Positions 19,206 to 29,481 are shown, numbered from the stretch's first letter. The stretch: DNA of 64,000 bases from Candidatus Obscuribacterales bacterium (GCA_965228855.1 CBDDIJ010000003.1:1440001-1504000); one strand, 5' to 3'. Notes: generated from the sequence alone by a model not told the origin. A program made the numbers and translations.

Positions 19206-20177
19206 TTAGTTGAACGGATTATCGCCTTTTGTTTTCGTATGTTCTTCCGCGTCGACAGCGGGTTTTGACTTGACTTTAGACGCTCGAACGGTTTGATCCG
19301 ACTTTGTCGCGGAGCCCGCTTTGACGGTATCTTCTTTCGACGAAGCTGCGCCATTAGACGCTTCGTAATTGCGAATGTACAGATTAGTACCTTCTGGTTT
19401 TAGCTTCGGTCCCGGCTTTGAGATCTTTTGTTCCATGAGCAGGTTTTCCAGATTCGTCGCGCTCCTCTGCAATTCGTCACCGCGCGTATCCATGTTTTTC
19501 TTTCTCGCGGCCAGCTCGCTATCAAATTGATTTTTCAAATCGTCAAGCATTTTCTTCGATTCATTCGACATCGGAACTTGCGTGGCGCGCCCTTTTCGAC
19601 TGTATCTAACGCTATTGCGTTCAGCTTCCTGCTTTGCACGCTGCAATCGTTCCTCGTTGCGCTTTTGCACTTCACGTGATGTAATTTCGTTCATTCTCGC
19701 TTCGTTATCTTTAGCGAAGAAGGTTTGCTTCCTCAAGCTCTTAATTGCTTGATCCAAAGCTGGATTGGTTTTTGGCGCCGTTTTCGTCTTTGCGGAAGCC
19801 CCTGCCGGATCGTCAGCAGCTGAACCACTGGCATCACTATCGATACCAAACACTTTGAGCGCTTCCTTTGAATATTGTCCGACCTCGGCATCAGGTGCGA
19901 TGGCATAGGCGATTCGAAACTCTCTGATAGCTGATTCCGGCTGGTTTAGCTTGATAAAGCAATTGCCGAGATAATAGTGTACGACAGCATTATTGAACTC
20001 GGTATTCAGTGCGCTGGAAAAACTGATTACTGCGGACTTGTAGTCTGCTTTGTTGTATGCAGAAATACCCTCGCGCACCTCAGGGGCAAGTGTTGCTGCC
20101 TTAGCCGCATGGAAAGGGACTGCCGACAATATTGCCGCAATCGCTCCAATGCTAAAAAGTCTACTTAAGCTGCTCAC
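19206..20177 (-). CDS. Secreted TPR / coiled-coil protein
   Basis: Signal peptide ending AAKA; TPR VHYYLGNCFIKLNQPESAIREFRIA; charged helical middle region. Confidence 0.75.
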   Translation of the reverse strand: MSSLSRLFSIGAIAAILSAVPFHAAKAATLAPEVREGISAYNKADYKSAVISFSSALNTEFNNAVVHYYLGNCFIKLNQPESAIREFRIAYAIAPDAEVGQYSKEALKVFGIDSDASGSAADDPAGASAKTKTAPKTNPALDQAIKSLRKQTFFAKDNEARMNEITSREVQKRNEERLQRAKQEAERNSVRYSRKGRATQVPMSNESKKMLDDLKNQFDSELAARKKNMDTRGDELQRSATNLENLLMEQKISKPGPKLKPEGTNLYIRNYEASNGAASSKEDTVKAGSATKSDQTVRASKVKSKPAVDAEEHTKTKGDNPFN

Positions 20178-20244
20178 TGTGATACCAGTTTTATAGTTCT
20201 AATGAGGAACGACGATCGTTTGCTTGTCTCGTTGTGTCTACTCT

Positions 20245-21780
20245 CTAAGGTCCTTCGGTACCTGGTTTGTATTTTACAGTAGTGAGACGATTGACGTAGA
20301 GCGTGCCGAGGCACTGGGTTGCGCCTGTTCCCGGGCGCCAGTTCCAGGTGCCTGTGATTTCCAGCCACTTTGGACAATCTGGGCTGCCACCAACTATGTA
20401 GACGAAGGTATTTTCATCGTCGCGATAGACCGCCTCTTTTACGACCTCTTTAAACGCTCCTTCAGCTGTAGCCTGGTTAGCCAACCAGCCTGGCAATTCA
20501 TCTGCCGCGGAGCCCATATCGAGTACGGGGTCGGTTCTGTCCGGAGAGCTATAGCGAGGGAAAAGGTAGTAGCTGTTCACGTTAGGGTCCGGTCTCTGTT
20601 TGTTCAAAAGATTTTGCAATTGTCCCATTGAAAAACTTGGGTCGATCTCCTGACCTCGCTGAACGAGTCGTTGAAGCGCCGCCTCCTTGTCTCCGGGAAT
20701 AGCTGTGAGCACGGACATCAAAGTTGGCTTGCGTAACTCGGTTCCAAGATTTGCCCAACCGGTCAAACTTCGTTGACCGCCCTTGAGTTTGTAGTCTTTA
20801 ATTCCAGTGACCTTACCCGAATTGGCAGTGTACGGAATGGTCTTTATCAGCTTATCGTCGATTGTCCACTTTGAGATCGCGGAGAAGGTTATGCGAATGA
20901 ATGCGTGTGGAATCGTCATTTGATACTGTTGCATCGGGTTCACGACTGCGCTTGCAGCAGCTGCCAGTGTCGTGCCGGAACCAAATGCGGTGCCTGTACC
21001 CTGAAATGCGTTTGGTATCGGTGTCGCGAAGTCGCCCAAAGGATGGCTGTCCGAGCGGTTCTGGCTGAAATTACTGTCTGCGATCAAATGTGGTGTTTCG
21101 CCGATTCGAAAAGGTGTGAAACAGAATTTGCGGTTGTTGGCGGTAAATGTTTGATATCCGGGAAGGTAATTCTTCTCGCCAAAACAAAGTTTTGGAGGGT
21201 TCGCACCGCGGGGAAGACCTCCAGGATTGAAACTTAGATTGCTCTCTGCTCCTCTGTCTACCAGGGCGTTCGGGTACATGGCTTCTGCGCTTGTCTTAAT
21301 TCCCTGAGCTCCAAGAAGCGGTGCACCACGCTTATCGCCGAGATGCTTGAATAACACATCGAGCGTATGTTTGTTTGTGATGCTGGCGCGCAACTCATCG
21401 TTAACTGCCTGAGCATCATCATATGCACTGGCTGCGGCACCTACAGCTTCACCGGTTGATATGCCCTCCATCGTCATTTCGTCGACGTTGGCGCTTATTA
21501 AATACGCTTTGCCCCAGACCCGATTGATGTTCGAAACTCCTACCAGACCGCTTGTGTCGGCGCAATCAACATAAGAACTAGGGGGGACCTTCACGTCGCA
21601 TATGCGCTTGGAAAGGTTCAGAACCGCGGCGTCTACACCGTTGCGCACCTCGCGAGAACCACCAGTAAGAAGCGCGTACTGAAATCCCAGATAAATCAAT
21701 CCAGCCAGAAGGAAGGCTGCGCCTGCGATTAAGAAGATTGACGCGCCTTTTCTGTTTCTTCGATTGTGTCGTCTTCGCAT
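20245..21780 (-). CDS. TadG-like large pseudopilin
   Basis: Basic leader RRRHNRRNRKG followed by a hydrophobic helix and EVRNGVDAAVL (Tad-type); ATG at 21780, 4 bp from the upstream gene. Confidence 0.65.
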   Translation of the reverse strand: MRRRHNRRNRKGASIFLIAGAAFLLAGLIYLGFQYALLTGGSREVRNGVDAAVLNLSKRICDVKVPPSSYVDCADTSGLVGVSNINRVWGKAYLISANVDEMTMEGISTGEAVGAAASAYDDAQAVNDELRASITNKHTLDVLFKHLGDKRGAPLLGAQGIKTSAEAMYPNALVDRGAESNLSFNPGGLPRGANPPKLCFGEKNYLPGYQTFTANNRKFCFTPFRIGETPHLIADSNFSQNRSDSHPLGDFATPIPNAFQGTGTAFGSGTTLAAAASAVVNPMQQYQMTIPHAFIRITFSAISKWTIDDKLIKTIPYTANSGKVTGIKDYKLKGGQRSLTGWANLGTELRKPTLMSVLTAIPGDKEAALQRLVQRGQEIDPSFSMGQLQNLLNKQRPDPNVNSYYLFPRYSSPDRTDPVLDMGSAADELPGWLANQATAEGAFKEVVKEAVYRDDENTFVYIVGGSPDCPKWLEITGTWNWRPGTGATQCLGTLYVNRLTTVKYKPGTEGP

Positions 21781-21784
21781 CTGC

Positions 21785-22210
21785 TTACCGTGAGGCTGGG
21801 GTGGAAACAATGGGCTGTATTGACGTCGCCGTGCACGTAACAACCGAGAATCCGGGAATCGGCACAGGCAGTTTTACATCCATGGCGGTGGAAACCGTCA
21901 CATGTCCAGTGCCGAGGTTGAAATCCAGGTTGGTCATCTGAATATTCTGAACAATGGAATTGTGCTCGCAGTCGGATAGAGCGTCAGATGCAGCTTTGGT
22001 AGCGCTGGATTTGTCGATTCGCAACGCGGCAGCTCGTGCCGCGGTCTCCGCCCATTGCTCGTTGTTCTGGCTGGTTGAGATCAAGCAGACAACATTTACT
22101 GCGGCAAGACCGATTGGTATCAATACCATGAAACCGACCAGCGCCTCGATGAGACTCTGGCCGCGACTTCGGCGTCTTCGCTTTTTAGATCGGTCTTTCA
22201 CTGAAGTCAC
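21785..22210 (-). CDS. TadE-like pseudopilin
   Basis: Prepilin site RSRG|QSLIE with E+5, hydrophobic helix, AARAAA. Confidence 0.78.
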   Translation of the reverse strand: MTSVKDRSKKRRRRSRGQSLIEALVGFMVLIPIGLAAVNVVCLISTSQNNEQWAETAARAAALRIDKSSATKAASDALSDCEHNSIVQNIQMTNLDFNLGTGHVTVSTAMDVKLPVPIPGFSVVTCTATSIQPIVSTPASR

Positions 22211-22776
22211 CGCAGGTAGTTCAATGGGGTTTCCATTACGCGCTTGTTCGAAATCTTCGTGATAAGCGGCGCTCCGATGCCTGGAACGCCGAAGAAGAAT
22301 GGAATTTTGAGAAATGGATTAATTTCGCAGGTCGTAGAAACCGTTACGTAGCAGGTTCCATGCTTTGCCGAATAGCTCACAACCGTTTCCGGCAACTGAG
22401 AAGTTCCTGAAAAACCGCCTATGATGGAGCTCGCCCATCGCTGAGGGATGGTCAATTTCACCGGACCGTTTGCGGCGTCGGCCTGGGAGCGCGGAAGTTT
22501 AGAGGCCTCGCGCAATTGAAGATCGTTGAGAGCGACGCACGAACAGTAGTTATAGCCGGCAACGATCATGTCCAGCACAGGAAAGATCGCGAAGAAGAAC
22601 AGGAGAAACAATGCAGGAGCAAATTCACTGATCGCGGCCCCTAGATTTCCGCGTTTTCTTGTCTTCCGAAGGTTCAGGCGTCCTGCCCATGCGCCAAAAC
22701 TCCCACGCCTGGAGCTCAGACGCCTTGTTGCTTTTAAACCGTTTCCGCAGCGGACGATCATTTTTCTGGCTCTCAC
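22207..22776 (-). CDS. TadE-like pseudopilin
   Basis: Arg-rich leader, GAAISEFAPALFLLFFF, LREAS; 4-bp overlap with the next gene. Start uncertain. Confidence 0.7.
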   Translation of the reverse strand: MRARKMIVRCGNGLKATRRLSSRRGSFGAWAGRLNLRKTRKRGNLGAAISEFAPALFLLFFFAIFPVLDMIVAGYNYCSCVALNDLQLREASKLPRSQADAANGPVKLTIPQRWASSIIGGFSGTSQLPETVVSYSAKHGTCYVTVSTTCEINPFLKIPFFFGVPGIGAPLITKISNKRVMETPLNYLR

Positions 22777-22879
22777 TTCCAGTAGATCTAATATACCAAT
22801 TTACATGAGATTCTACCCTTTGTGAGAACGCCAGCCTGTGGGGGTTTTAGGCTGTGATGTAATGGATTTCTAAACGGAA

Positions 22880-22895
22880 GGGCGCTTTCGCGCCC
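22880..22895 (-). terminator. GC hairpin downstream of the Zn-ribbon gene
   Basis: GGGCGC-GAAA-GCGCCC on the minus strand, followed by TTCCGTTT. Confidence 0.4.
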
Positions 22896-22979
22896 CTCAA
22901 CGTATAGTGTTCCCTCGACGACGCAGAACTTGCGAGCATCTGTTTTGTGGGTCCGGCATAGCGGCCTGTTCCTTTTCCG

Positions 22980-23195
22980 TTAATCGCCTGCCATGATATC
23001 CGCACGCGTGAGCATCTCGTCGCGCTCCGGATCGTCTTCCATGTGCAATACGATAATGCTGCTGCGCTCACGCGATAGGCAGTTAGGGCAGCAATAAAGG
23101 TCAACGGTCAGAGAAAAGACTTCATCACAGCTCTCACACTGATAAATGACTGGTCGTCTAGTCGACTTGCGATAATATGATAGTTCAGCGACCAT
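22980..23195 (-). CDS. Small zinc-ribbon protein (71 aa)
   Basis: YQCESC...CPNC, acidic tail, strong GGAGG RBS upstream. Confidence 0.7.
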   Translation of the reverse strand: MVAELSYYRKSTRRPVIYQCESCDEVFSLTVDLYCCPNCLSRERSSIIVLHMEDDPERDEMLTRADIMAGD

Positions 23196-23436
23196 GGGAT
23201 GTTTCCTCCATCGTTGAATAAGATCAACTGTTCGTACATTGCGATAAACAGTTTCAGTGGTTCGGTCAAACAGTTACGTTGTGCCAAGGACCTCCTAGCA
23301 TGCTGTCAAGCAGGTGATGCCAATGCATATGTTTCATGAATGAAACTTTGCGCAATTTTGAGCCTCCTGGTGCAATTTTTTCCGACTTTGCTATGATTTC
23401 GGAACGTCTACTTCGCTCCCAGCGGTTGGGATTGGA

Positions 23437-24702
23437 TTGATGATTTCGAGATTCGTACTCTGTTTTTTCTCAGTTATCCTTTGGCTCTCGACACAAATCT
23501 ATGTCGCTCCTGAGGCTGCTTTCGCTGGAAATCGCCTGAAGCGTGTATATGAGGGTGAGAGTAACATTTCCCTGCCAGTCTACTTCGCGACAGATCGCGC
23601 ACAAGTAGTGACCTCGAGGAAAGATCTCGATTACGGAAAGCAGATAATTTTTCCGCTCGACGCCATGTCGTATGGATTTAAGCGGATGGACTCTACATGT
23701 ACTTTGCCGGACAATATGGAAAGTCTCGCGAAATGTGGGTGGCTGGTTTATCCCAAGGATCTTGGTAAGTCGAAGGAAAAACGGGCCGCATTTATCCTCG
23801 AGAGCAACGCTGAAGTCTCTCACGTGCTGTCGAGCTTCGACGAGATGGTCGCGAAGATTAAAAGCAATCTGGATGTTTTGCCTAAACGAGAGATCGTTAT
23901 ATACGTGCACGGATGTTGTCTGAGTTACACCGAATCGATGCAGCAAGCGGCGGACCTGGCGAGTAGCGTTCAAGCTCCTGTCATCGCTTACTCATGGGGG
24001 TGCTCGCTCGGTTACGCCGGCTCTACCATGGCATTCCCTCGGACCCAGGAGCGGTTCAACAAGTTTTTGATTGGAATGCTGAAATCATTTCCGGATGCGA
24101 AAATCTCGGTGGTTAGCAGCAGTATCGGAACTCAGCTTGTTCACAACTTCTGCTTGCAGCGCCGACCGGAAGATTATGGCAATCGAAAAGGTATCGACGA
24201 ACTTATTTTTTCGAGAGCGGACCTTGATGATGTCGCGTTCAGAAGCCAGTTAGAATCAGTAATGCGGCATTCGAAGAAGTTGATTGTTTATGTTTCTAGA
24301 AACGATTTTCAGATCAACGTGTCTGGTACTTTGCGCTGGTTCTTCTTCCCATCACAACATGGAGAACGTGCAGGTCACGTACGTTCCGGCTTGCAGATGG
24401 AGCAGGCGTTGACCGTGTTGGATGTATCGCCGCTGAAGATGGGGCACGTAATTCCTTACGAGTCTGTCGCGGATATCCTCGCCAACAATGGCGATGTGCC
24501 GACCGACTCGCGCCTGTACAAGTATCAGCACATGGAAGACAATTTGTACCGGGTGGTGCCTCAGCAGTCAATTTTTGCACATGCGACGAAAAAACAGCTT
24601 CGCGTCAAAGGTCGCGCCTGCGATGGCTGCTCCAGCCATACTCATAATTGGAATACGTTAGGAACGTCGGTGCTGATGGGCTCCGATGGGGATAGCGACT
24701 AA
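23437..24702 (+). CDS. Secreted alpha/beta hydrolase (DUF900-like)
   Basis: Signal peptide, VYFATDR, IYVHG, AYSW, nucleophile elbow SSSIG, YVSRND, GH. Confidence 0.8.
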   Translation: MMISRFVLCFFSVILWLSTQIYVAPEAAFAGNRLKRVYEGESNISLPVYFATDRAQVVTSRKDLDYGKQIIFPLDAMSYGFKRMDSTCTLPDNMESLAKCGWLVYPKDLGKSKEKRAAFILESNAEVSHVLSSFDEMVAKIKSNLDVLPKREIVIYVHGCCLSYTESMQQAADLASSVQAPVIAYSWGCSLGYAGSTMAFPRTQERFNKFLIGMLKSFPDAKISVVSSSIGTQLVHNFCLQRRPEDYGNRKGIDELIFSRADLDDVAFRSQLESVMRHSKKLIVYVSRNDFQINVSGTLRWFFFPSQHGERAGHVRSGLQMEQALTVLDVSPLKMGHVIPYESVADILANNGDVPTDSRLYKYQHMEDNLYRVVPQQSIFAHATKKQLRVKGRACDGCSSHTHNWNTLGTSVLMGSDGDSD

Positions 24703-24715
24703 CTAGCTCTTTGAC

Positions 24716-25624
24716 TTACTTCTGGAAAACAAACACGTCCTGGAAGAACATTCCCGGAATTTCTTTCCAGTTGCCTTGATAATACGCGATTCGTTTTAAA
24801 CCGGCTTGTTGTTCCATTTTTGCCCAGCCACCGGGGGTGATACCAATTGCATGCTCGGGAACTTCACCCGGGCAGAAATAATATTTGGAACCATAAGCGG
24901 CATTTTTGAATATCCAGTAGTTTTGATCGGTCATGTGGAAGCGTCCCTTTTCGCCTGGGCTACGCTTCGAAAGGCTCTGTTCGTACAGCTCATCAAGATA
25001 GAACGTGGTGACGATTGCTTTGCCGCCTGGTTTGAGGACGCGTCCGATCTCATTGAAGTAATAGAAACCGGTTTCTTCATTCATGTGTGTCCAGACAGAA
25101 AGGGCAGTTACGAGGTCGTAGGTGTTATCCGGTTGCTCCCACGGTTTAAACTTCTTCGCCTGGTCAGGCGCATACATCGTGTTTGCGACATCGAGATGCT
25201 GGAATGTGAAACGGTCCGAAGGATAGTGCGCGCGGCAATATTCGACGTCCTCCGTCATGACGTCGATGCCGACATACTGTCCATTGGGCTGAATGTATGG
25301 CTCTGATGCAATAGCTAACAAGCCAGTTCCACAACCCACGTCCAAAATCTTGTTGTCTTGTTTTTTGTCCAAGTGCATGAAGATTGTTGCCTGGAAGATG
25401 CCGATTACATGAGCCCATTCAGCATATGAATATTTCCCACCGCGGCGATTGTCTTCATTAGGAATCAAGCGAATGTTTCTTGTCCGAAGTATCTGATCGC
25501 GGTCCATCGGTAGAAATTGACTGTCTAGTGACGCGTACTTCTTCTGAACCTCTTCCGGCGATGCGTTTTCCGGAGCGATTTCATCGGCGTTGGATTTCGA
25601 AAGGAATTTGTTCAGGAGCTTCAT
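24716..25624 (-). CDS. Class I SAM-dependent methyltransferase
   Basis: ILDVGCGTG, YDLVTALSVWTH, RVLKPGG. Confidence 0.9.
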   Translation of the reverse strand: MKLLNKFLSKSNADEIAPENASPEEVQKKYASLDSQFLPMDRDQILRTRNIRLIPNEDNRRGGKYSYAEWAHVIGIFQATIFMHLDKKQDNKILDVGCGTGLLAIASEPYIQPNGQYVGIDVMTEDVEYCRAHYPSDRFTFQHLDVANTMYAPDQAKKFKPWEQPDNTYDLVTALSVWTHMNEETGFYYFNEIGRVLKPGGKAIVTTFYLDELYEQSLSKRSPGEKGRFHMTDQNYWIFKNAAYGSKYYFCPGEVPEHAIGITPGGWAKMEQQAGLKRIAYYQGNWKEIPGMFFQDVFVFQK

Positions 25625-25757
25625 GTTTTAGTCGTCTCGCTTGAAATTGGGACTGGTTGCAGAGCTGGGTGTTTTCGCAAGATCTGGCAGCTTGGCAAAA
25701 CTGCCCGCGAACCCAACAAAGGGCGTATTCTAGCCTAAAGCCAAGAGGCACAGGCTA

Positions 25758-27743
25758 ATGCGCGTTAATGAACGCCGCCCAGCGCCTCAAATTGTAACTT
25801 TCGGGCGGTCAGGCTATGATCTCCCCTTGGCAGGGGCGGGGTATCGTTCAGGTTCGTTTGCAATGCAATTCACTCACCAGCGTGCAGGCAAGGACTTCCC
25901 AGAAATTGGGCATCCGTCCGTTTGGCTGCGCGATTGCAAGCTGCTTTTCGTCGGCGCCTATCGCGACGCGAAGGTACGCGAAGCAAAATTTTTCGGCAGC
26001 TGGGGCGAGGGTGAGTTGCTCTACCTGGGCATCAGCGATGTTTCCGACCGTTTGAAAACCGACGAACGCATTCGGAAACTCAAACCGGGTGTTTATATCG
26101 AAATTCCTGAACAGCCTCGCTTTGCACTTAAGGGGACTCCCACCAGGGGCGAACCTCTTGGTGCGACCAGTCCGGGTTCTACAATCCAACCCTTGAAAGG
26201 TTTCCTTCGGTCTATTCAAACGAAAAATGTTCGCGAGAACGACCCCGAAATGTGGCGCTTCCGGGCGAACGTGCTTCGCAAGATAGAAGAGAATAAGGAC
26301 GCTTTTAGTTTTGGCTTGAATCGAATTATTGCAATCAGCGGAGATAAGCCAGCACCGACTGCGATACCATCTGTTGAAAACCTCGGGACTGATGGTGTCA
26401 CTGAGGAGCAGGCGAAACAATTTGAAGAACTTCTGGCTCCCCACTTTGCCCAAATTTCTCGAACGAAGCCAATCGATAAATCTCGCATTGAAGAGATTGT
26501 AGCTAAATACTATGCGACATTGGATTTGGTGGCACCGCAGGTGGTGGTGCTACCAAACCCACTTTCTACTGCCATCGCAGGCGCTTTTGCGACTGCGCTT
26601 TTGTTCGCTGAAAAGAATACTATCGATCCATCACTAGTTAAAATATCAAGTCCCGTAACGCACGGGTTGCTATCTCGGCAGGTTTCAGATGAACTTGTAG
26701 AGCGCACCATGAATGTCGCACAGGACAGTCTGGACGAGGATACTCGCAGGGATCTTTTTTCGATTCTTAGATCCAAATCTTTCGTTAATCGTTTCCGAAA
26801 TGATGCGTTGAGGTTTTTAGATTACCTGGAAACAGTCGAAACTGTGAATCGACACGAAAACCCTTCCGTCCGCCGGAGTGCCGGCGCAACCCAACTTGCC
26901 GAACTGGCGAAGTTTGCCGGCAGCGATATTTATCCTGCTTGGAATATAGATTTTAAACCAATTTGCGATGCTATCAATAAAGTCGTCTACGACCCTATCG
27001 ATCTTTCTTCGCATGAAGTAGTTCAATCGGTAAAAGATGGTTTGGAAGAGATCGCCTTCACCATCTCCGGTGGCAACATCTATTTGAACGATTTGCTCCT
27101 CTGGTCGCTACACTCAAAGTCAAAACTTCTCCTTGATGTTGCAATCAAAGGTGCCGCCCTTTACGTCACGGATGTTCTAGGCTTAGAAAACCCGCTATTC
27201 AAGCAGTTCTCGAATTGGTCTAAATTCGCTCTCGAAGGCGCCGCGTTTGTTTTGCACGAAGAGTTTTGCTTTATCTCAGATTTCCCGGAGAGCATCATCA
27301 CTGATGATTCCGGCAGATTGCACAACTCGGATGGACCGGCAATGACTTGGAGCGATGGCTGGAGCTGTTATTACTGGCGCAACCTGCCGATACCGCGCTG
27401 GATGATCGAAGAGAAGGAACGTATTACAGTCGAAATGATTAATGCGATGGAAAACATCGAGATACGGCGAGTGATGCTCGAAATCTACGGAACAGGAAAG
27501 TACATTATCGACAGTGGAACAAAAGAGGTTCAGCGCGACGAGTACGGAGTTCTTTACTGGCAAGAAATGGCAAACGATGAGCCACTGCGAATGGTGCGCG
27601 TAAGAAACTCGACGGCAGAGCCTGACGGTACGTTTAAAGACTACTGGCTGCGCGTCCCGCCCGAAATCAGAACCGCCAAACAGGGCGTAGCCTGGACCTT
27701 TGACCTGGACGAAGACGAGTACGCCCCAATCATCGAAACCTGA
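25758..27743 (+). CDS. DUF6745-like domain protein
   Basis: C-terminal GRLHNSDGPAMTWSDG, EIRRVMLE, VRNSTAEPDG..KDYWLRVPP, VAWTF. Start may be ATG 25863. Confidence 0.75.
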   Translation: MRVNERRPAPQIVTFGRSGYDLPLAGAGYRSGSFAMQFTHQRAGKDFPEIGHPSVWLRDCKLLFVGAYRDAKVREAKFFGSWGEGELLYLGISDVSDRLKTDERIRKLKPGVYIEIPEQPRFALKGTPTRGEPLGATSPGSTIQPLKGFLRSIQTKNVRENDPEMWRFRANVLRKIEENKDAFSFGLNRIIAISGDKPAPTAIPSVENLGTDGVTEEQAKQFEELLAPHFAQISRTKPIDKSRIEEIVAKYYATLDLVAPQVVVLPNPLSTAIAGAFATALLFAEKNTIDPSLVKISSPVTHGLLSRQVSDELVERTMNVAQDSLDEDTRRDLFSILRSKSFVNRFRNDALRFLDYLETVETVNRHENPSVRRSAGATQLAELAKFAGSDIYPAWNIDFKPICDAINKVVYDPIDLSSHEVVQSVKDGLEEIAFTISGGNIYLNDLLLWSLHSKSKLLLDVAIKGAALYVTDVLGLENPLFKQFSNWSKFALEGAAFVLHEEFCFISDFPESIITDDSGRLHNSDGPAMTWSDGWSCYYWRNLPIPRWMIEEKERITVEMINAMENIEIRRVMLEIYGTGKYIIDSGTKEVQRDEYGVLYWQEMANDEPLRMVRVRNSTAEPDGTFKDYWLRVPPEIRTAKQGVAWTFDLDEDEYAPIIET

Positions 27744-27950
27744 AGTCGCTACTATCCCTGCAGCTCCCTACTATAGCACCTCGCGGATGCCTGTCCTCTG
27801 AGAGCCCAAGCCGTACTTGTTTCGGGCATTCGTTTATTCGAGAGGGCGAGTTTGTCTATCCTGCGTTGACGGATTTACAGAAAAGTGTCTACGCACGATA
27901 GCCAACCATAGGCCTGTTGAAGAATTCTCCCAATTTTGCACATCAAGATA

Positions 27951-27973
27951 ATTCTGTGAACGAGATCCACCAA
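27951..27973. repeat. 23-bp direct repeat, copy 1 (copy 2 at 34188-34210)
   Basis: ATTCTGTGAACGAGATCCACCAA versus ATTCTGTGAACGAGATTCACAAA: 21/23 identical, first 16 exact. Confidence 0.75.
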
Positions 27974-27977
27974 TTTC

Positions 27978-28685
27978 CTATGGGCGCTTAACAACAGAGC
28001 ATGTGTTCGAGTTGCCGCTGACGTTGACGCTGGGCTGTTTCTGACCGTTCAAACCTTTGAGCCAGAAGATGGTATTGTGATTACCTGGGACAGAAATGGC
28101 GCCAACATTTTCGCATCGCACGGTATTGAAATTTCCGGACACGGACAACACTCTGCAGTCTCCAATGATCGACAAGCTACAATGACTGCCCTGTACCACG
28201 ACACCATTATTGGTGCAGGTCAGGGTCTGATTGATGTTGTTATCGTACAAAATTATGTCGTCAACGCTAACATCAATTACCTTCGGGAGGGGCTTTCGCG
28301 ATTTTCCGACCGATGCTCCAGATAACATCATCAGCGCCTGAACTTTTGCTGGAAGTTGCGCGGAATTGTTCGCCGAGCCTTTCGGAGCGGTCCGATTTGC
28401 CGCAGTGCCTTGACCAAGAGCCTTACCTGCCGCGGATTTCTGACCGGCAGCTTTGCCTACAGTTGAGGAGTTGACTGAACCGCTTCCAGTGACAGGACTT
28501 CCACTCTTGGCTCGGCCACTCGCCGGTCCTTTCACATCGACTTTCTTTCCGTATCGCGTCTGAATCGAAACTCCGCCTGGACCCAACTGAACGGTGTCGC
28601 CACTTTCCGTAGTCACATCAATCTGGGCTCCGGCAGGAAACTGTATAAAAGCTAGTATCACTACTAAACCGATTATGTTCCGCAC
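27978..28685 (-). CDS. Secreted DUF3060-like protein
   Basis: Signal peptide, low-complexity G/S/A/K linker, C-terminal TLTC...VVVQG...GDC..LSVSGNFNTV...GNHNTI beta-repeats. Confidence 0.65.
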   Translation of the reverse strand: MRNIIGLVVILAFIQFPAGAQIDVTTESGDTVQLGPGGVSIQTRYGKKVDVKGPASGRAKSGSPVTGSGSVNSSTVGKAAGQKSAAGKALGQGTAANRTAPKGSANNSAQLPAKVQALMMLSGASVGKSRKPLPKVIDVSVDDIILYDNNINQTLTCTNNGVVVQGSHCSLSIIGDCRVLSVSGNFNTVRCENVGAISVPGNHNTIFWLKGLNGQKQPSVNVSGNSNTCSVVKRP

Positions 28686-28819
28686 ATTAGTTCCACTTGA
28701 TCTAATCCCCAGCTATCCACTCTACCATCATTATGGTTTTTAGTGATGCAACTGACATGTTTGCCCATGTCGCAAGGATGCGGCGGAGCTTGGAGTGCAC
28801 ATGTTTTACATATTTATGG

Positions 28820-28849
28820 CAATGACTGCGACCGGAGTCGCAGTCATTG
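28820..28849. terminator. 13-bp perfect hairpin downstream of the fasciclin gene
   Basis: CAATGACTGCGAC-CGGA-GTCGCAGTCATTG, 18 bp past the fasciclin stop codon. Confidence 0.65.
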
Positions 28850-28867
28850 TTCTCTGTGTCCTGTGCG

Positions 28868-29416
28868 CTATAGCGACGGGGGAAGAATAACAGTATCGAT
28901 CACATGAACCACCCCATTGCTGCAGATGATGTCAGTCGAGGTGACTTTTGCGCCTTCGACCGTCACCCCGTCAGGTGATACGGAGATGGCTATTGGTGAA
29001 CCTTCAACCGACTTGGCGGTCTTCAATTTCACGACGTCTTCTGCCTTCACAGATCCAGGGACGACGTGGAAGGTCAAAACTTTTGTCAATTTCGCCTTGT
29101 CCTTGAGGAGCGCGGACAGTTGATCCGCCGGAAGTTTTTTGAACGCTTCATCAGTTGGTGCGAACACGGTAAAAGGTCCTTCCCCTTTAAGTGTCTCCAC
29201 CAGTCCTGCCTCCTTCAGTGCGGTGACTAGCGTGCCGAATGAGCCGGCTGATTGAGCGGTATCCACAATATCTTTCGTAAGCGTTTTTTCCATTTGTTTT
29301 TCTCCTGATTTAGATTTTGAACAGTCTGCGCTCACTGGCGCAATACTCAAAGTTGAACAACTGATCAGTGCTGTTGCTGCAGCGGCAATTCTCGTGAATC
29401 TGATGAGCGACGCCAT
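28868..29416 (-). CDS. Secreted fasciclin (FAS1) domain protein
   Basis: [39 protein letters not shown] at 29416 with GGAGG RBS and a signal peptide. Confidence 0.95.
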   Translation of the reverse strand: MASLIRFTRIAAAATALISCSTLSIAPVSADCSKSKSGEKQMEKTLTKDIVDTAQSAGSFGTLVTALKEAGLVETLKGEGPFTVFAPTDEAFKKLPADQLSALLKDKAKLTKVLTFHVVPGSVKAEDVVKLKTAKSVEGSPIAISVSPDGVTVEGAKVTSTDIICSNGVVHVIDTVILPPSL

Positions 29417-29462
29417 TTCGATGCCTCCTCTCTCTGCGTACTCGGTCATCGTATTTGTCTTC

Positions 29463-29481
29463 TGTGAACGCATTGTGAACG
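29463..29481 (-). promoter_or_regulatory. Tandem 11-bp-period direct repeat (OmpR-type operator candidate)
   Basis: CGTTCACA-ATG-CGTTCACA on the minus strand, about 45 bp upstream of the fasciclin ATG. Confidence 0.55.

Noticed and set aside
23331..23346. parS-like palindrome GTTTCA-TGAA-TGAAAC
   Set aside because: The spacer is 4 bp rather than the CG of parS (GTTTCACGTGAAAC); at most a local operator.
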